64,000 nucleotides of DNA from a virus. Numbering within the stretch: position 1 is the stretch's first letter; every line of letters begins with the position of its first letter. Of this stretch, positions 1 to 9,348 are shown piece by piece. The stretch spans positions 1 through 64,000 of IMG/VR virus record IMGVR_UViG_3300022903_000002, one strand, 5' to 3'. Below the pieces are notes generated by a model. That model was not told the origin of the DNA. It saw only the letters and a list, made by a program, of their open reading frames with translations, and made no database searches. Position numbers and translations under genes: made by a program.

Positions 1-737
1 AGTACGGGCGAGCGTTCCAGTTCAAAACGCTGGACATGTCGCACTACGACCCGATGAACCTGGTCAGGGCGATCGCGAAAGCAGCAGAACGCCACATCGA
101 TGTCCTTATCATCGACAGCTTCTCCCACTTCTGGTCCGGGAAGGGCGGGATTCTCTCCAAGGTCGATGACGCCGCCCGCGGCATGAAGGGCAACACCTTC
201 GGCGGCTGGAAAGACGTCCGGCCGATCGAGTCGACAATGCTCGATGCGCTTCTCTCTTTCCCCGGCCACCTGATCGTGACGATGCGCGTGAAGACCGAAT
301 GGTCGATCGAGGAGAACGAGCGAGGCAAGAAGGTCCCCGTCAAGATCGGCCTGAAGCCTGAACAGCGGGACGGCCTCGACTACGAGTTCGACCTCGTCGG
401 CGAACTCGACCTGTCCCACAACCTGACCGTCACAAAGAGCCGCATCACCGACATCGCCGTCGGCCACGTTGAGCAGCTAGCCGGCGAGGAGTTCGGGAAA
501 CGCGTCGCGGATTGGCTCGGTACAGGCACGCAGATGCTGAACGCCACCGACTACCGCGACGCCGCGGTCGACCTGCACGCGACCGTCGAGGACCTCCGCA
601 ACCTGTACGGCGAGGTGCAGCAGCGCGGCTTGCTTGGTGCCGCTGTCATCGACGAGACCGGCGAGACCACCAACCTCGGCTCGTTGATCTCTCGCCGCGG
701 CCAGGAGGCCGGCAAGGTCGGACCGGTGGCGGCATGA
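1..737 (+). CDS. Sak4-like AAA ATPase/recombinase (5' end before window)
   Basis: Walker B 'VLIIDSFSHFW', 'GLKPEQRDGLDYEFD', 'VTKSR'; frame open from window start. Confidence 0.8.
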   Translation, partial: YGRAFQFKTLDMSHYDPMNLVRAIAKAAERHIDVLIIDSFSHFWSGKGGILSKVDDAARGMKGNTFGGWKDVRPIESTMLDALLSFPGHLIVTMRVKTEWSIEENERGKKVPVKIGLKPEQRDGLDYEFDLVGELDLSHNLTVTKSRITDIAVGHVEQLAGEEFGKRVADWLGTGTQMLNATDYRDAAVDLHATVEDLRNLYGEVQQRGLLGAAVIDETGETTNLGSLISRRGQEAGKVGPVAA

Positions 738-1261
738 ATGACCTCAGGGGAGGGACACTCGGCGCCGCAGTCCGCAAGCTCCTCGTTGAAAAGATCAACG
801 AAGCCGACAGCATCGACCGCGGCGACACGCTTCAGAAGTTCCTTGCCGCGCACGAGCTGATGGGCGTCAAGACGCTCGACATCATGCTCCCCGACGGCAC
901 GAAGGTCGCGCGGGCGACCTTGCCGCAGCCGAAACCCGGCGTTGTGGTGGACGACCAGGCGTTCCTGAAGTGGGTCAGCGCGGAACACTCGACCGAGATC
1001 GTTGAGGCGGTCCGGGAATCGTTCCGCCGCGCCGTCCTCAAGCGCCTCGAGATCGACGGTGACGAGGTCATTGACAAGCAGACCGGCCAGGTCGTGCCGT
1101 GGGCGTCCGTTCGTCCGGCAGCGGAGAAGCCCTCCAACTTCACGGTGACGTTCGTTGGTGACGGCCGGGCGGCTGTTGAGAAGGCATGGCTGGACGGGCA
1201 GATCAACCTGCTCGACTTCACCGCGCCGCCCACGCTCCCTACCGGGGGTGACGGCGAGTGA
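734..1261 (+). CDS. Hypothetical phage protein
   Basis: ATGA overlap with previous gene, GTGA overlap with next. Confidence 0.7.
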   Translation: MNDLRGGTLGAAVRKLLVEKINEADSIDRGDTLQKFLAAHELMGVKTLDIMLPDGTKVARATLPQPKPGVVVDDQAFLKWVSAEHSTEIVEAVRESFRRAVLKRLEIDGDEVIDKQTGQVVPWASVRPAAEKPSNFTVTFVGDGRAAVEKAWLDGQINLLDFTAPPTLPTGGDGE

Positions 1262-1608
1262 ATGACGTCCTCAACCCCGTCGACATCGAGCAGCGCATCT
1301 CCGAGATTTCCACGCGCATCGCCAACGGCGTCCGTGTTGTCACTGACGCGGAGCGGGAGGCGAAGCGGCTCCGCCGGGAGTTCGACCTCGCGTTCGCCCA
1401 CGCCTTCAATAACGCCGAAGGGTCCGTCCCGGCGAAGAAGTACCAGGCGCAGATCGAGACGATGCCGCAGCGTGAGGCGGCGGAGAACGCCGAGATCGCG
1501 CTGAGCTACGCGGAACGCACGGCGTGGGCGTTGAAGGACGAACTGTCGGCCTTCCAGTCGATCGGCGCTTCGGTCCGCGCGATGTTCGACGTCGCGGGCA
1601 GGTCGTGA
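1258..1608 (+). CDS. Hypothetical coiled-coil protein
   Basis: Coupled ORF, helical composition. Confidence 0.7.
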   Translation: MNDVLNPVDIEQRISEISTRIANGVRVVTDAEREAKRLRREFDLAFAHAFNNAEGSVPAKKYQAQIETMPQREAAENAEIALSYAERTAWALKDELSAFQSIGASVRAMFDVAGRS

Positions 1609-1982
1609 TGAAGCGCTCACCGATGCCTCGCCGAACCAAGCCAATGGCCCGTACCTCCGAGCTGAACAACGGGAGCCAGCTCGAGCGGACCAGTCGGATC
1701 AATCCACGCAGCAAGAAGACGTCAGCCAAGTACGTGCAGCGCCGAGCTCTAGTCGCGGAGATGTTCGCTGAGCCGACGGTCTGCGAAGTGCCGTGGTGCG
1801 CCAATACCGCAACTGACCCGCACGAGCCGAAGACCCGCACCCGCGGCGGCTCGATCCTCAACCGGGCGAACGTCCGGCTGATCTGCGCTCCCCACCACAG
1901 CGAGATTCACGACACCGAGCCGGCTTGGGCTTACGAGCTCGGTTTCCTCAAGCACTCCTGGGATGAGGAGGACGCGGCATGA
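1608..1982 (+). CDS. HNH-like endonuclease
   Basis: CxxxxC...DPHE...RGG...N...C.PHH..IH pattern. Confidence 0.65.
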   Translation: MKRSPMPRRTKPMARTSELNNGSQLERTSRINPRSKKTSAKYVQRRALVAEMFAEPTVCEVPWCANTATDPHEPKTRTRGGSILNRANVRLICAPHHSEIHDTEPAWAYELGFLKHSWDEEDAA

Positions 1983-2110
1983 GCGCCGGGACCGTCATCG
2001 AGTTCACCACCCGCCGCGAATGGGTTCCGGTCGAGCACTGCGACCGCTGCGGCGAAGCCCGCCCAGCAGACCACGCCTGCCTGATCCGACTGGAGACTTC
2101 CCATGGCTGA
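1979..2110 (+). CDS. Small Cys/His-rich protein (43 aa, not in ORF track)
   Basis: ATGA-coupled; MSAGTVIEF...HCDRCGE...HAC. Confidence 0.55.
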   Translation: MSAGTVIEFTTRREWVPVEHCDRCGEARPADHACLIRLETSHG

Positions 2111-2732
2111 CCGTTTCTTTTCGCCCCGCAACACCACCCGCGCCATGCAGGACCCGGCCGAGCAGATGCTCGCCCTCGGCGCCTCATGGGGACGCGGCCC
2201 GGCTAACTTCATTGAGGAGCAGGAAGCCGCCGGCCAGCGCGAGATCGTGCACTCCGACGTCATCCCCTCCCGACTGAACTACTGCACCGAAGACGACCTG
2301 ACCGCCCTGGGCTTCAAACTCGGCGATGCCGTCGACGGCGACCCCATGTTCCGACACGCGACCCTCCCGGACGGATGGGAGCGCGAGGGCAGCGCGCACG
2401 CCATGTGGTCCTATCTGCTCGACGGGCTGGGACGGAAGCGCGCCTCGATCTTCTACAAAGCCGCTTTCTACGACCGCGACGCGTTCGTCTCCGTCACGAC
2501 CGTGAGCGGCTACGTCTCGAGCCAGGCATACGACAAGCAGCCTGTCGTGCTCGACGACACGTGGGCCACGAAGGAAGCCGTATTCGCCGCCATCGGCGAG
2601 CTCCGGACCCGTGATGCCGAGCGGGTCGAGGAGTGGACCCAGTACGGCAACGATGAGTACGTCCGCGAGTACAGCGCGAAGGTCCGCGAGTGGGATGCCT
2701 TCAAGGCGCGGATCGAGGCCAGCGATGGCTGA
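2103..2732 (+). CDS. Hypothetical phage protein
   Basis: GGAG RBS, good codon usage. Confidence 0.75.
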   Translation: MADRFFSPRNTTRAMQDPAEQMLALGASWGRGPANFIEEQEAAGQREIVHSDVIPSRLNYCTEDDLTALGFKLGDAVDGDPMFRHATLPDGWEREGSAHAMWSYLLDGLGRKRASIFYKAAFYDRDAFVSVTTVSGYVSSQAYDKQPVVLDDTWATKEAVFAAIGELRTRDAERVEEWTQYGNDEYVREYSAKVREWDAFKARIEASDG

Positions 2733-3060
2733 GCAACTCGACCTGCTGGCCGCTGCCCGAGCTGGCCGCGACGAGGGCATGGCCCGCACCACCGAAGCCG
2801 CTGGCGACGACGAGATCACCGTCCTCGACGCCGCAATCGCACGGATGGCCGCCACCGGCGACGTCTTCTCCGTGAACGACATCAGGTCCGAACTCGACGG
2901 TGTCCGCGGCCCGCTGGTCGGCGCGAGATTCAGTTTCGCCCGAAGGCGTGGCCTCATCGTCCCGGTGTCGTACACCCCATCGACGGAGCCACGAACGCAT
3001 GCCCACCCGGTCCGCACCTGGCAGGGCACGGCGAAGGCCCGTAGGGACGTGGCGGCGTGA
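2725..3060 (+). CDS. Hypothetical protein
   Basis: Overlap-coupled ORF MAEQLDLL... Confidence 0.7.
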   Translation: MAEQLDLLAAARAGRDEGMARTTEAAGDDEITVLDAAIARMAATGDVFSVNDIRSELDGVRGPLVGARFSFARRRGLIVPVSYTPSTEPRTHAHPVRTWQGTAKARRDVAA

Positions 3061-3308
3061 ACCCCCGAACCGTATCCCAACCCGCAGCCTGGGGTTCCGC
3101 CGCTATCGCCACCGTGACGATCCTCGCCGCCCTGTGCGTCGGCGGAGCCACCGGCACAGCCCTTTTCTGGGCCACCAACATCTACGACTACGGCGCCCTC
3201 ACCCACACGCTCACGATCGGCGTGCTCATCGCCGCGATCGTCGCCGACCTCTCCTGGATGACACGAACCGGCACCGTCTTGTACCGCTCGTACAGGAGGC
3301 CGTCGTGA
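3057..3308 (+). CDS. Small membrane protein
   Basis: Two hydrophobic segments; GTGA coupling. Confidence 0.65.
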   Translation: MNPRTVSQPAAWGSAAIATVTILAALCVGGATGTALFWATNIYDYGALTHTLTIGVLIAAIVADLSWMTRTGTVLYRSYRRPS

Positions 3309-3676
3309 TCCGCCTCGCATGGGGGATGGCCCTCCTCGGCACAGCAGCGGCCATCGCCGCGGTCCTCATCACAGACCTCCTGGTTCAACGCCCCTCATCA
3401 CTGATCCAGCACGCCTGGGCGCGATGGTGTGAACGTCAGGACCAGCGACTTGGGCTCGGCTCCTACGAGCCACAACCCGAGGACGAGGCGGCTACGACCG
3501 CACTCGAGGCGTGGCTCGCCGGCGGTGACCCGCTCGCCGACGCTCCCGCCCGCGAGATGGGCGTGTGGCTCACCCCCGACCAGGCAGACGACCTGGATCT
3601 CCTCGCCGTCGAGACATGGCCGCGGAACGAGTACCTCGAGATCGCTGACCTGTACATGCGGGGTGAGGCGCCGTGA
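3305..3676 (+). CDS. Hypothetical protein with N-terminal TM helix
   Basis: AGGAGG RBS, GTGA coupling. Confidence 0.6.
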   Translation: MIRLAWGMALLGTAAAIAAVLITDLLVQRPSSLIQHAWARWCERQDQRLGLGSYEPQPEDEAATTALEAWLAGGDPLADAPAREMGVWLTPDQADDLDLLAVETWPRNEYLEIADLYMRGEAP

Positions 3677-3831
3677 CCGCCTCCACGCGACGTAAGGCGA
3701 CCCGCATCGCCGCGGGTTGCTTCGTACTGGCCGCTGTCGGTGTCCGCTACGGCTACACGCATGCCGCAGTGTTCGGCCCCGGCTGGACCGCCAAGAAGCT
3801 CGTAGCCGCAGGCCGAGGCGGCACACCATGA
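3673..3831 (+). CDS. Small membrane protein (52 aa, not in ORF track)
   Basis: Fills gap with GTGA/ATGA overlaps at both ends. Confidence 0.5.
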   Translation: MTASTRRKATRIAAGCFVLAAVGVRYGYTHAAVFGPGWTAKKLVAAGRGGTP

Positions 3832-4487
3832 CCGCAGCGAAACAAGAAGTCCGCCACGGCTACACCCTCGCCGACCTCGACCGCTACGCCCACATCAGTG
3901 TTGCCACCGCCTGGACCAACACCATGGACTACCGCGACCGATACGACGCGGCCTGGCACGCCATCGCCGAACGCCTCTACAACACCGAACACGAGCAGAC
4001 GCCGACGACCCGCGACCTAAAGATCGCTGGAACGCGCGCAGTGAATCGCCTCGCACAAGACGAAGGCCGCCACCACGGATTCGACCGGGCCAACCCCGAG
4101 GCCGGCCTGGAAGGCATGCCCGGCTTCCAGCGGTACTGGGCGTTGCACCATGCAACCCCCTCACCCGAGGACGCCATCGTCGACCGGATCGCCCTCACTC
4201 AGATCTGGCCGGAGCTGTCCGCCACCCACCGGCAGGTCCTCCTTGTACTGGCCGTCCACGCAGACCACCAACTCGCCGCCGACGCACTGGACCGCAGCCT
4301 GCCGACCTATCGCTCACACCTGAGGCATGCACGTCAGCGATACCGGGAGCTGTGGCACGCGCCTGAAACCGCGTCCGCGATGTGGGGTCAATCCCGCGGC
4401 CGGCCTGGACGCCGCACCGCCGCGCAGACCTTGGCGAACCGCATCCAGCAACGTGCACGCCGCGAGAGGAAGGGCCGGGCCGCGTGA
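3828..4487 (+). CDS. ECF sigma-factor-like protein (sigma70 region 4 HTH)
   Basis: 'PEDAIVDRIAL..IWPELSATHRQVLLV......AADALDRSLPTYRSHLRHAR' resembles sigma70_r4_2. Confidence 0.6.
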   Translation: MTAAKQEVRHGYTLADLDRYAHISVATAWTNTMDYRDRYDAAWHAIAERLYNTEHEQTPTTRDLKIAGTRAVNRLAQDEGRHHGFDRANPEAGLEGMPGFQRYWALHHATPSPEDAIVDRIALTQIWPELSATHRQVLLVLAVHADHQLAADALDRSLPTYRSHLRHARQRYRELWHAPETASAMWGQSRGRPGRRTAAQTLANRIQQRARRERKGRAA

Positions 4488-5017
4488 CCGCCATCGAGGG
4501 AATGAACGCCGACCAGCTCCGCGCAGAGTTGCGGCTCACCATCACCGAGTTCACCGCGTTGCGGGACCAGCAGCACCGGACCCTCACCGAGCACCAGGCC
4601 GACATGGAGAACGCACGCCAGGCCGAGCGGATCAACGCCATACAACGCGCCGACACCTACGCGCTGGCTGCCCTACGCGGACTCCTCGACCCGCTCCGCA
4701 GTCTCCTCGAGCAGGCCGGCGCGATCGACGGCAAGACCAGTCCGGACCGCTTGGAGCAGATCGCCGAACGAGCCCGCAGCCTGGCCTCCCGGATCGAACG
4801 CGACCCGGACCTGGCGATCGCTCAGCGTGTGACCGCTGACATGGACGCCGCCCAGCGCCGCCTCACCGCTGAAAAGGCGCGGCTGTGGGACGTCCTCGAG
4901 AGCGTCCGACAGGCCGTCCGGCCGCCGTCGTTGGGTGAGCTGCAGGAGCAGGAGTACCGGCAGAACCCGATGCCTCCAATCACTGGGCAGACCGACCTTC
5001 TTGAGGAGGTCGCATGA
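4484..5017 (+). CDS. Hypothetical coiled-coil protein
   Basis: Coupled ORF. Confidence 0.65.
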   Translation: MTAIEGMNADQLRAELRLTITEFTALRDQQHRTLTEHQADMENARQAERINAIQRADTYALAALRGLLDPLRSLLEQAGAIDGKTSPDRLEQIAERARSLASRIERDPDLAIAQRVTADMDAAQRRLTAEKARLWDVLESVRQAVRPPSLGELQEQEYRQNPMPPITGQTDLLEEVA

Positions 5018-5469
5018 CCGCCCCCCAGCCGCTCCCTCCCTCGGCGGACAAGACCGCTGCGTCGCCGGGGGAGGGAGCCACCACCCCAAGGTCGTGGCGC
5101 ATCGAGTTCCCGCCACGACAGAAGCTGCTGAACGCAAACCAGCGGCTGAACCATCACGCGAGGAACCGCATCACCCAACAGCTGCGCGGTGACGCCTTCA
5201 AGCTCGCCAAATACCACAAGGTCCCGCGCCTCATGCGGGCCCGAATCGACGCGATCTACGAGCCGCCTGACCGCCGCAAGCGCGACGCCGGGAACTACTA
5301 CCCGACCTACAAAGCCGCGATCGATGGCTTCGTGGACGCCGGCGTGCTCCCGGATGACGACTCGGAGCACTGCAAGGGCCCGTTCATGGACATCGGCGAA
5401 CGCCACGCCGGTGGCCGGATCGTCCTCCTGATCACCGAACTTCCCGAATCGGAGACTTCCCATGACTAG
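5014..5469 (+). CDS. rusA: RusA-like Holliday junction resolvase
   Basis: 'RKRDAGNYYPTYKAAIDGFVDAGVLPDDD' catalytic motif. Confidence 0.8.
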   Translation: MTAPQPLPPSADKTAASPGEGATTPRSWRIEFPPRQKLLNANQRLNHHARNRITQQLRGDAFKLAKYHKVPRLMRARIDAIYEPPDRRKRDAGNYYPTYKAAIDGFVDAGVLPDDDSEHCKGPFMDIGERHAGGRIVLLITELPESETSHD

Positions 5470-5977
5470 CAACCAGAAGAAGCTCCGTGAGGACTTCAAG
5501 GAAGAGACCGGCTACGAATGGCACCCATGGCGCTGGGCGCTGGGCGTCGTCGCTGCTGGCCTCGTCGTCTGGATCGGCCTCGGCCTGCTGTCTGTGGTCA
5601 CGCTGCCGTTCCGCACCGGCCACGGCGTCGCCAAGAAAATCGCAAACCCCAACAACGTGATCTTCACCTACGAACACTTTCACGACCTGTGCGGCGGCAT
5701 CGTCGGCTTCGACCAGCAGTACGCCACCGCGGCGAAGGAAGCCGCAGCGTTCGACAAACGCACCAACGGCAAACCCGACCCGATCGGCCGCAACGCCGAA
5801 GAGTCCGCCCGCCTGCACCAAGACGCCGCCGGGATCAAACTCGCCCGCCAGCAGCAGGCGCAGACCTACAACGCGGACTCCCGCAAGTTCACGCAGAACC
5901 TCTTCAAGTCGCACCGGTTGCCGTACCGCATCGAGGACGGCGTCACCCCGGACTGCGACGGCTCCACCACTTCCTGA
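5462..5977 (+). CDS. Membrane-anchored hypothetical protein
   Basis: N-terminal TM helix then helical domain. Confidence 0.75.
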   Translation: MTSNQKKLREDFKEETGYEWHPWRWALGVVAAGLVVWIGLGLLSVVTLPFRTGHGVAKKIANPNNVIFTYEHFHDLCGGIVGFDQQYATAAKEAAAFDKRTNGKPDPIGRNAEESARLHQDAAGIKLARQQQAQTYNADSRKFTQNLFKSHRLPYRIEDGVTPDCDGSTTS

Positions 5978-6002
5978 CCCCTCAACTTCCCTGGAGTAGC
6001 TC

Positions 6003-6548
6003 ATGCAGTTCACGATCAGCATCAACCACCGCACCGCCAGCATCATCGGCAGCTCCGCCCTGGCCCTCTCCCTGCTGGCCGCCTGTTCCGGCGGTGACAC
6101 CGCGGACCAGAAGCAGAAGCGCGCGAACTACAACGCCGCCGAGCAGAAGGTGCCCTTCCCCTCCGGAATGGTCGCGAAGAACCCACTCGAGCGGGAGAAC
6201 GTCGCCGAGAAGCTGAAGCGGGACTCCAACCCGAGCCGCCTGTCCTACATCTACCTGCTGTCCCTGGACGGGAAGGTGATCTCCCACTTCGTCGCCAAGG
6301 GCAAGGTCAGTTCGTCGGACTCCCAGCTCCTGCCGACGCAGGAAGTCCGCGACGTGTGCGGCTCCGGATGCACGGACCGGTTCGAGTTCGAAGCCGCCGG
6401 CGACGACGCCACCTACGGAAACCGCGAGCCGGGGATCTTCTTCTTCACCCCTGAGGGCCAGATGGTGACGTGGTCGGGGGACTACATCCAGTCGGACCGG
6501 CCCCTGTCGATCAAGACGCCGATCTCGCTCGTCGAGGACGCGAAGTAG
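6003..6548 (+). CDS. Putative lipoprotein
   Basis: Signal peptide with lipobox LLAA-C. Confidence 0.75.
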   Translation: MQFTISINHRTASIIGSSALALSLLAACSGGDTADQKQKRANYNAAEQKVPFPSGMVAKNPLERENVAEKLKRDSNPSRLSYIYLLSLDGKVISHFVAKGKVSSSDSQLLPTQEVRDVCGSGCTDRFEFEAAGDDATYGNREPGIFFFTPEGQMVTWSGDYIQSDRPLSIKTPISLVEDAK

Positions 6549-6553
6549 CCCCG

Positions 6554-6700
6554 ATGGATCGCCTCCTCGACCGTCTCGCAGCTCTGATCCCAGCCGTGGA
6601 CTGCTGCCCTCACCTCGACATCGGTGACGACCCGGACACCGCCTACCTGCCCGCAGACACCACCCGCCACGACTACCGGGGGAGCGCCACAAATGGCTGA
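6554..6700 (+). CDS. Small hypothetical protein
   Basis: Fills gap, overlaps next start. Confidence 0.45.
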   Translation: MDRLLDRLAALIPAVDCCPHLDIGDDPDTAYLPADTTRHDYRGSATNG

Positions 6701-7682
6701 CACCAGCATCGACTGGGCTGACCGCGTCTGGAACCCGACTGGCGGGTGTGACCGCGTCTCTCCTGGCTGCGACAACTGCTACGCGCTCACGATGGCGAAG
6801 CGGCTGAAAGGCATGGGGCAGGCCAAGTACCAGCGTGACGGCGACCCCCACACGAGCGGGCCCGGCTTCGGCCTCACCGTCCACGCGGACGTGCTCCGTG
6901 ACCCGCTGAAGTGGCGGAAGCCATCCAAAATCTTCGTGAATTCCATGAGTGACCTCTTCCACGCCGAGGTCCCAGACGAGTTCCTCGCAAAAGTCTTCGC
7001 GGTCATGGCCGCCGCTCCGCAGCACACGTTCCAGATCCTGACCAAGCGGCACGCCCGCATGCGTTCGCTGATGAACTCGGAGAAGTTCGCCGAGCAGGTG
7101 GCCGACGAGATGGCCGCCCTCTGGAACGTCGAAACCGTAGCGCCCTTGCGGGGACCGCTCCCCAACGTCTGGTTGGGCGTCTCAGTCGAGAACCAGCACT
7201 GGGCAGACATTCGCATCCCTGCGCTCCTCGAGACGCCCGCCGCAGTGCGGTTCCTGTCCTGCGAACCTCTTCTAGGTCCGCTCGATCTGGCCCCGTATAT
7301 CCAGGGACTCTCGTGGGCCATCGTCGGGGGAGAGTCCGGCCCGAAGGCCAGGCCGATGCACCCGTCATGGGCGAGGCAGATCCGCAACCAGTGCGTCGCC
7401 GCCGACGTCCCCTATTTCTTCAAACAATGGGGCACGTGGGTCCACGACCCGATCTATGACACGTCTGGCCGCTGGCGCTTGGTTGACCACGCTGGCCGTG
7501 TCGGACCGGTGCCGTGGGGCGGCTGGGGTCGAGGACGCCGGGAAGCAGGATGGCCGGGTTGGGTGCCGATGCATCGGGCATCGAAAGTGTTCCCGGACCA
7601 CAAGACCCTCGACGGCTTCGCCTGGCACGAGTTCCCGCCCACTCTCGCTGAGCTCCGGCAGCCTGTGGGGGTGTTGGCATGA
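6693..7682 (+). CDS. Gp37/Gp68 family protein (DUF5131, radical-SAM-like)
   Basis: 'WNP..GC..VSPGC.NCYA', 'FVNSMSDLFH', 'SCEPLLG', 'GGESG', 'FFKQWG'. Confidence 0.92.
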   Translation: MADTSIDWADRVWNPTGGCDRVSPGCDNCYALTMAKRLKGMGQAKYQRDGDPHTSGPGFGLTVHADVLRDPLKWRKPSKIFVNSMSDLFHAEVPDEFLAKVFAVMAAAPQHTFQILTKRHARMRSLMNSEKFAEQVADEMAALWNVETVAPLRGPLPNVWLGVSVENQHWADIRIPALLETPAAVRFLSCEPLLGPLDLAPYIQGLSWAIVGGESGPKARPMHPSWARQIRNQCVAADVPYFFKQWGTWVHDPIYDTSGRWRLVDHAGRVGPVPWGGWGRGRREAGWPGWVPMHRASKVFPDHKTLDGFAWHEFPPTLAELRQPVGVLA

Positions 7683-8350
7683 CCGCGATGCTCGTCCCCG
7701 AACGCGAGAACCACGCCCTCAACATCCTCGACCTCACCGACGAGAACTTCCAGATCCTCATCGAGAACAACCTCGGCCAAGAAGCCAACCCCGGCCTATG
7801 GGACGTCCTCCTCCACCCCAACGTGGTACGCCGCACCCACACCTTCCTCAACACCCGCTTCCGCGACGTCGAAGACCAACTCGCCGAACGCCGCGCCGGC
7901 ATCGAAGCCATCCGACAGCAATGCCACGAGATCGGCCCGGACGGCAAAGAGCAGTACTTCGCGGCGAACGGCGACTACCAGACGTGGCGCCGCCGAGCGC
8001 TCGGCTACCGGCGCGTCCTTGGCGCCCGCCTCCGCCAAGCCAAAGAAGCGTTGAACCACGCACAGCCGTACAAGTCCCCAGGCGCTCGCCCGAACCCACC
8101 AAACCCGGTCCGTCGGATCCGGCAGATGGAGACCGTATTCAAACTCGCCTGGGCCATCCACGAACACCGGCAGCGAAGCCGCGACGAGGACATCAAACCC
8201 GAACCGCACGACATGAACCTTTGGCAGGCACTGCAGGAGATCAAGGTCGAGACCTCGGACGGGCAGATCACCGTCGCGGAGTTCCTCGCGGACATCTCAT
8301 CGAAGCCCGGCTTCAGACCGCCGTCTGAGCGTGACGGGGAGGTGTCCTAG
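7679..8350 (+). CDS. Hypothetical protein
   Basis: Coupled ORF, good codon usage. Confidence 0.75.
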   Translation: MTAMLVPERENHALNILDLTDENFQILIENNLGQEANPGLWDVLLHPNVVRRTHTFLNTRFRDVEDQLAERRAGIEAIRQQCHEIGPDGKEQYFAANGDYQTWRRRALGYRRVLGARLRQAKEALNHAQPYKSPGARPNPPNPVRRIRQMETVFKLAWAIHEHRQRSRDEDIKPEPHDMNLWQALQEIKVETSDGQITVAEFLADISSKPGFRPPSERDGEVS

Positions 8351-8743
8351 GTGGCTCTTCCCAGCCAGATCGCTTCTGCTGCCCGCGGTGACACGAAACC
8401 GGTCGTAGGCCGGACCTTCCCGAACTTCCTCGACACCGTCACCGACGCCAGCAAAGGCCAGTGGGCGACGTTCACCGTAGACGTCATCACCCACGCCCAC
8501 CGCCGCAATGTACCCCGCACGGATCTCCTCGAGGTCTTGTCCATGCTCGGCATCACCGACGGGGCATCGAAACCCCGCGGGTTCGACGGCAAAGCCCTCG
8601 CCGGCCGCGGACTCTGCTCCGGATGCGACACCCGCCAAGGGCTGATGCTGAACGGCCGTGTCGCCTCCCACAAACGGAACGGGGACTACTGCCCCGGACG
8701 ACACCAGCTCCCCGCCGGTGAGCCTAAGGCGGTGGCGTCATGA
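8351..8743 (+). CDS. Hypothetical protein with C-terminal Zn-finger (CxxC...H...C)
   Basis: GGAGG RBS; CSGC...H...CPG. Confidence 0.7.
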   Translation: MALPSQIASAARGDTKPVVGRTFPNFLDTVTDASKGQWATFTVDVITHAHRRNVPRTDLLEVLSMLGITDGASKPRGFDGKALAGRGLCSGCDTRQGLMLNGRVASHKRNGDYCPGRHQLPAGEPKAVAS

Positions 8744-8991
8744 GCGACTGGCAGCAGTACGCGGCGTGTGACGGTCAGGACGTCGACCTGTTCTTCCCGA
8801 TCTCCTCGCGCGGCCAGTCCACAGCCCAGATCAACGAGGCGAAGGGCTTCTGTAAACGCTGCCCGGCCCGGCAAGACTGCCTGGATGAGGCGCTCGAGAA
8901 CAACGTCAAGTACGGGATCTGGGGTGGATTGACGGAGGTCGAGCGGGAGCAGCTCCGCCGACGTCGGATGCGACAGGCGAACGCCGCATGA
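8740..8991 (+). CDS. whiB: WhiB family transcription factor
   Basis: Four Cys (C..., CxxC, C) and 'GIWGGLTE.ER'. Confidence 0.95.
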   Translation: MSDWQQYAACDGQDVDLFFPISSRGQSTAQINEAKGFCKRCPARQDCLDEALENNVKYGIWGGLTEVEREQLRRRRMRQANAA

Positions 8992-9005
8992 CCGCGGGGG
9001 AGAGG

Positions 9006-9215
9006 TCAGCGAGGAGGGATCTTGCCGTCCTTGCGTGCGTCACGGATGAGCCGGCGCACGTAGTCCGGCGAGTAGACCTGCCGGATCGCCCGGGTGATCT
9101 GGTTGGCGTTCTCGCCATTCGCCGCGGCTTTGAGGATCACGGCCTGGAGTCGCTTCGGTGCAGCCTCGAACTCCTGGGCCGCCTGCGCCAGCTCGGTCTC
9201 CATCTCCCTGTCCAC
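9006..9215 (-). CDS. Small helix-turn-helix protein
   Basis: 'I..AAANGEN..QI..AI...YSPDYVRRLIR' HTH-like; only credible ORF in this gap. Confidence 0.65.
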   Translation of the reverse strand: MDREMETELAQAAQEFEAAPKRLQAVILKAAANGENANQITRAIRQVYSPDYVRRLIRDARKDGKIPPR

Positions 9216-9348
9216 GCCTTTCAGGGTCCCACGAGCGCGCCCTTAAACCTCGCTCGGACTGTACGCACATTGTACTCGCACTGATAGTGTGTACTCAGTG
9301 CATACTCAGAGACTCTGACCAGCACCAACCCGAGAGGCACCACGCGCG

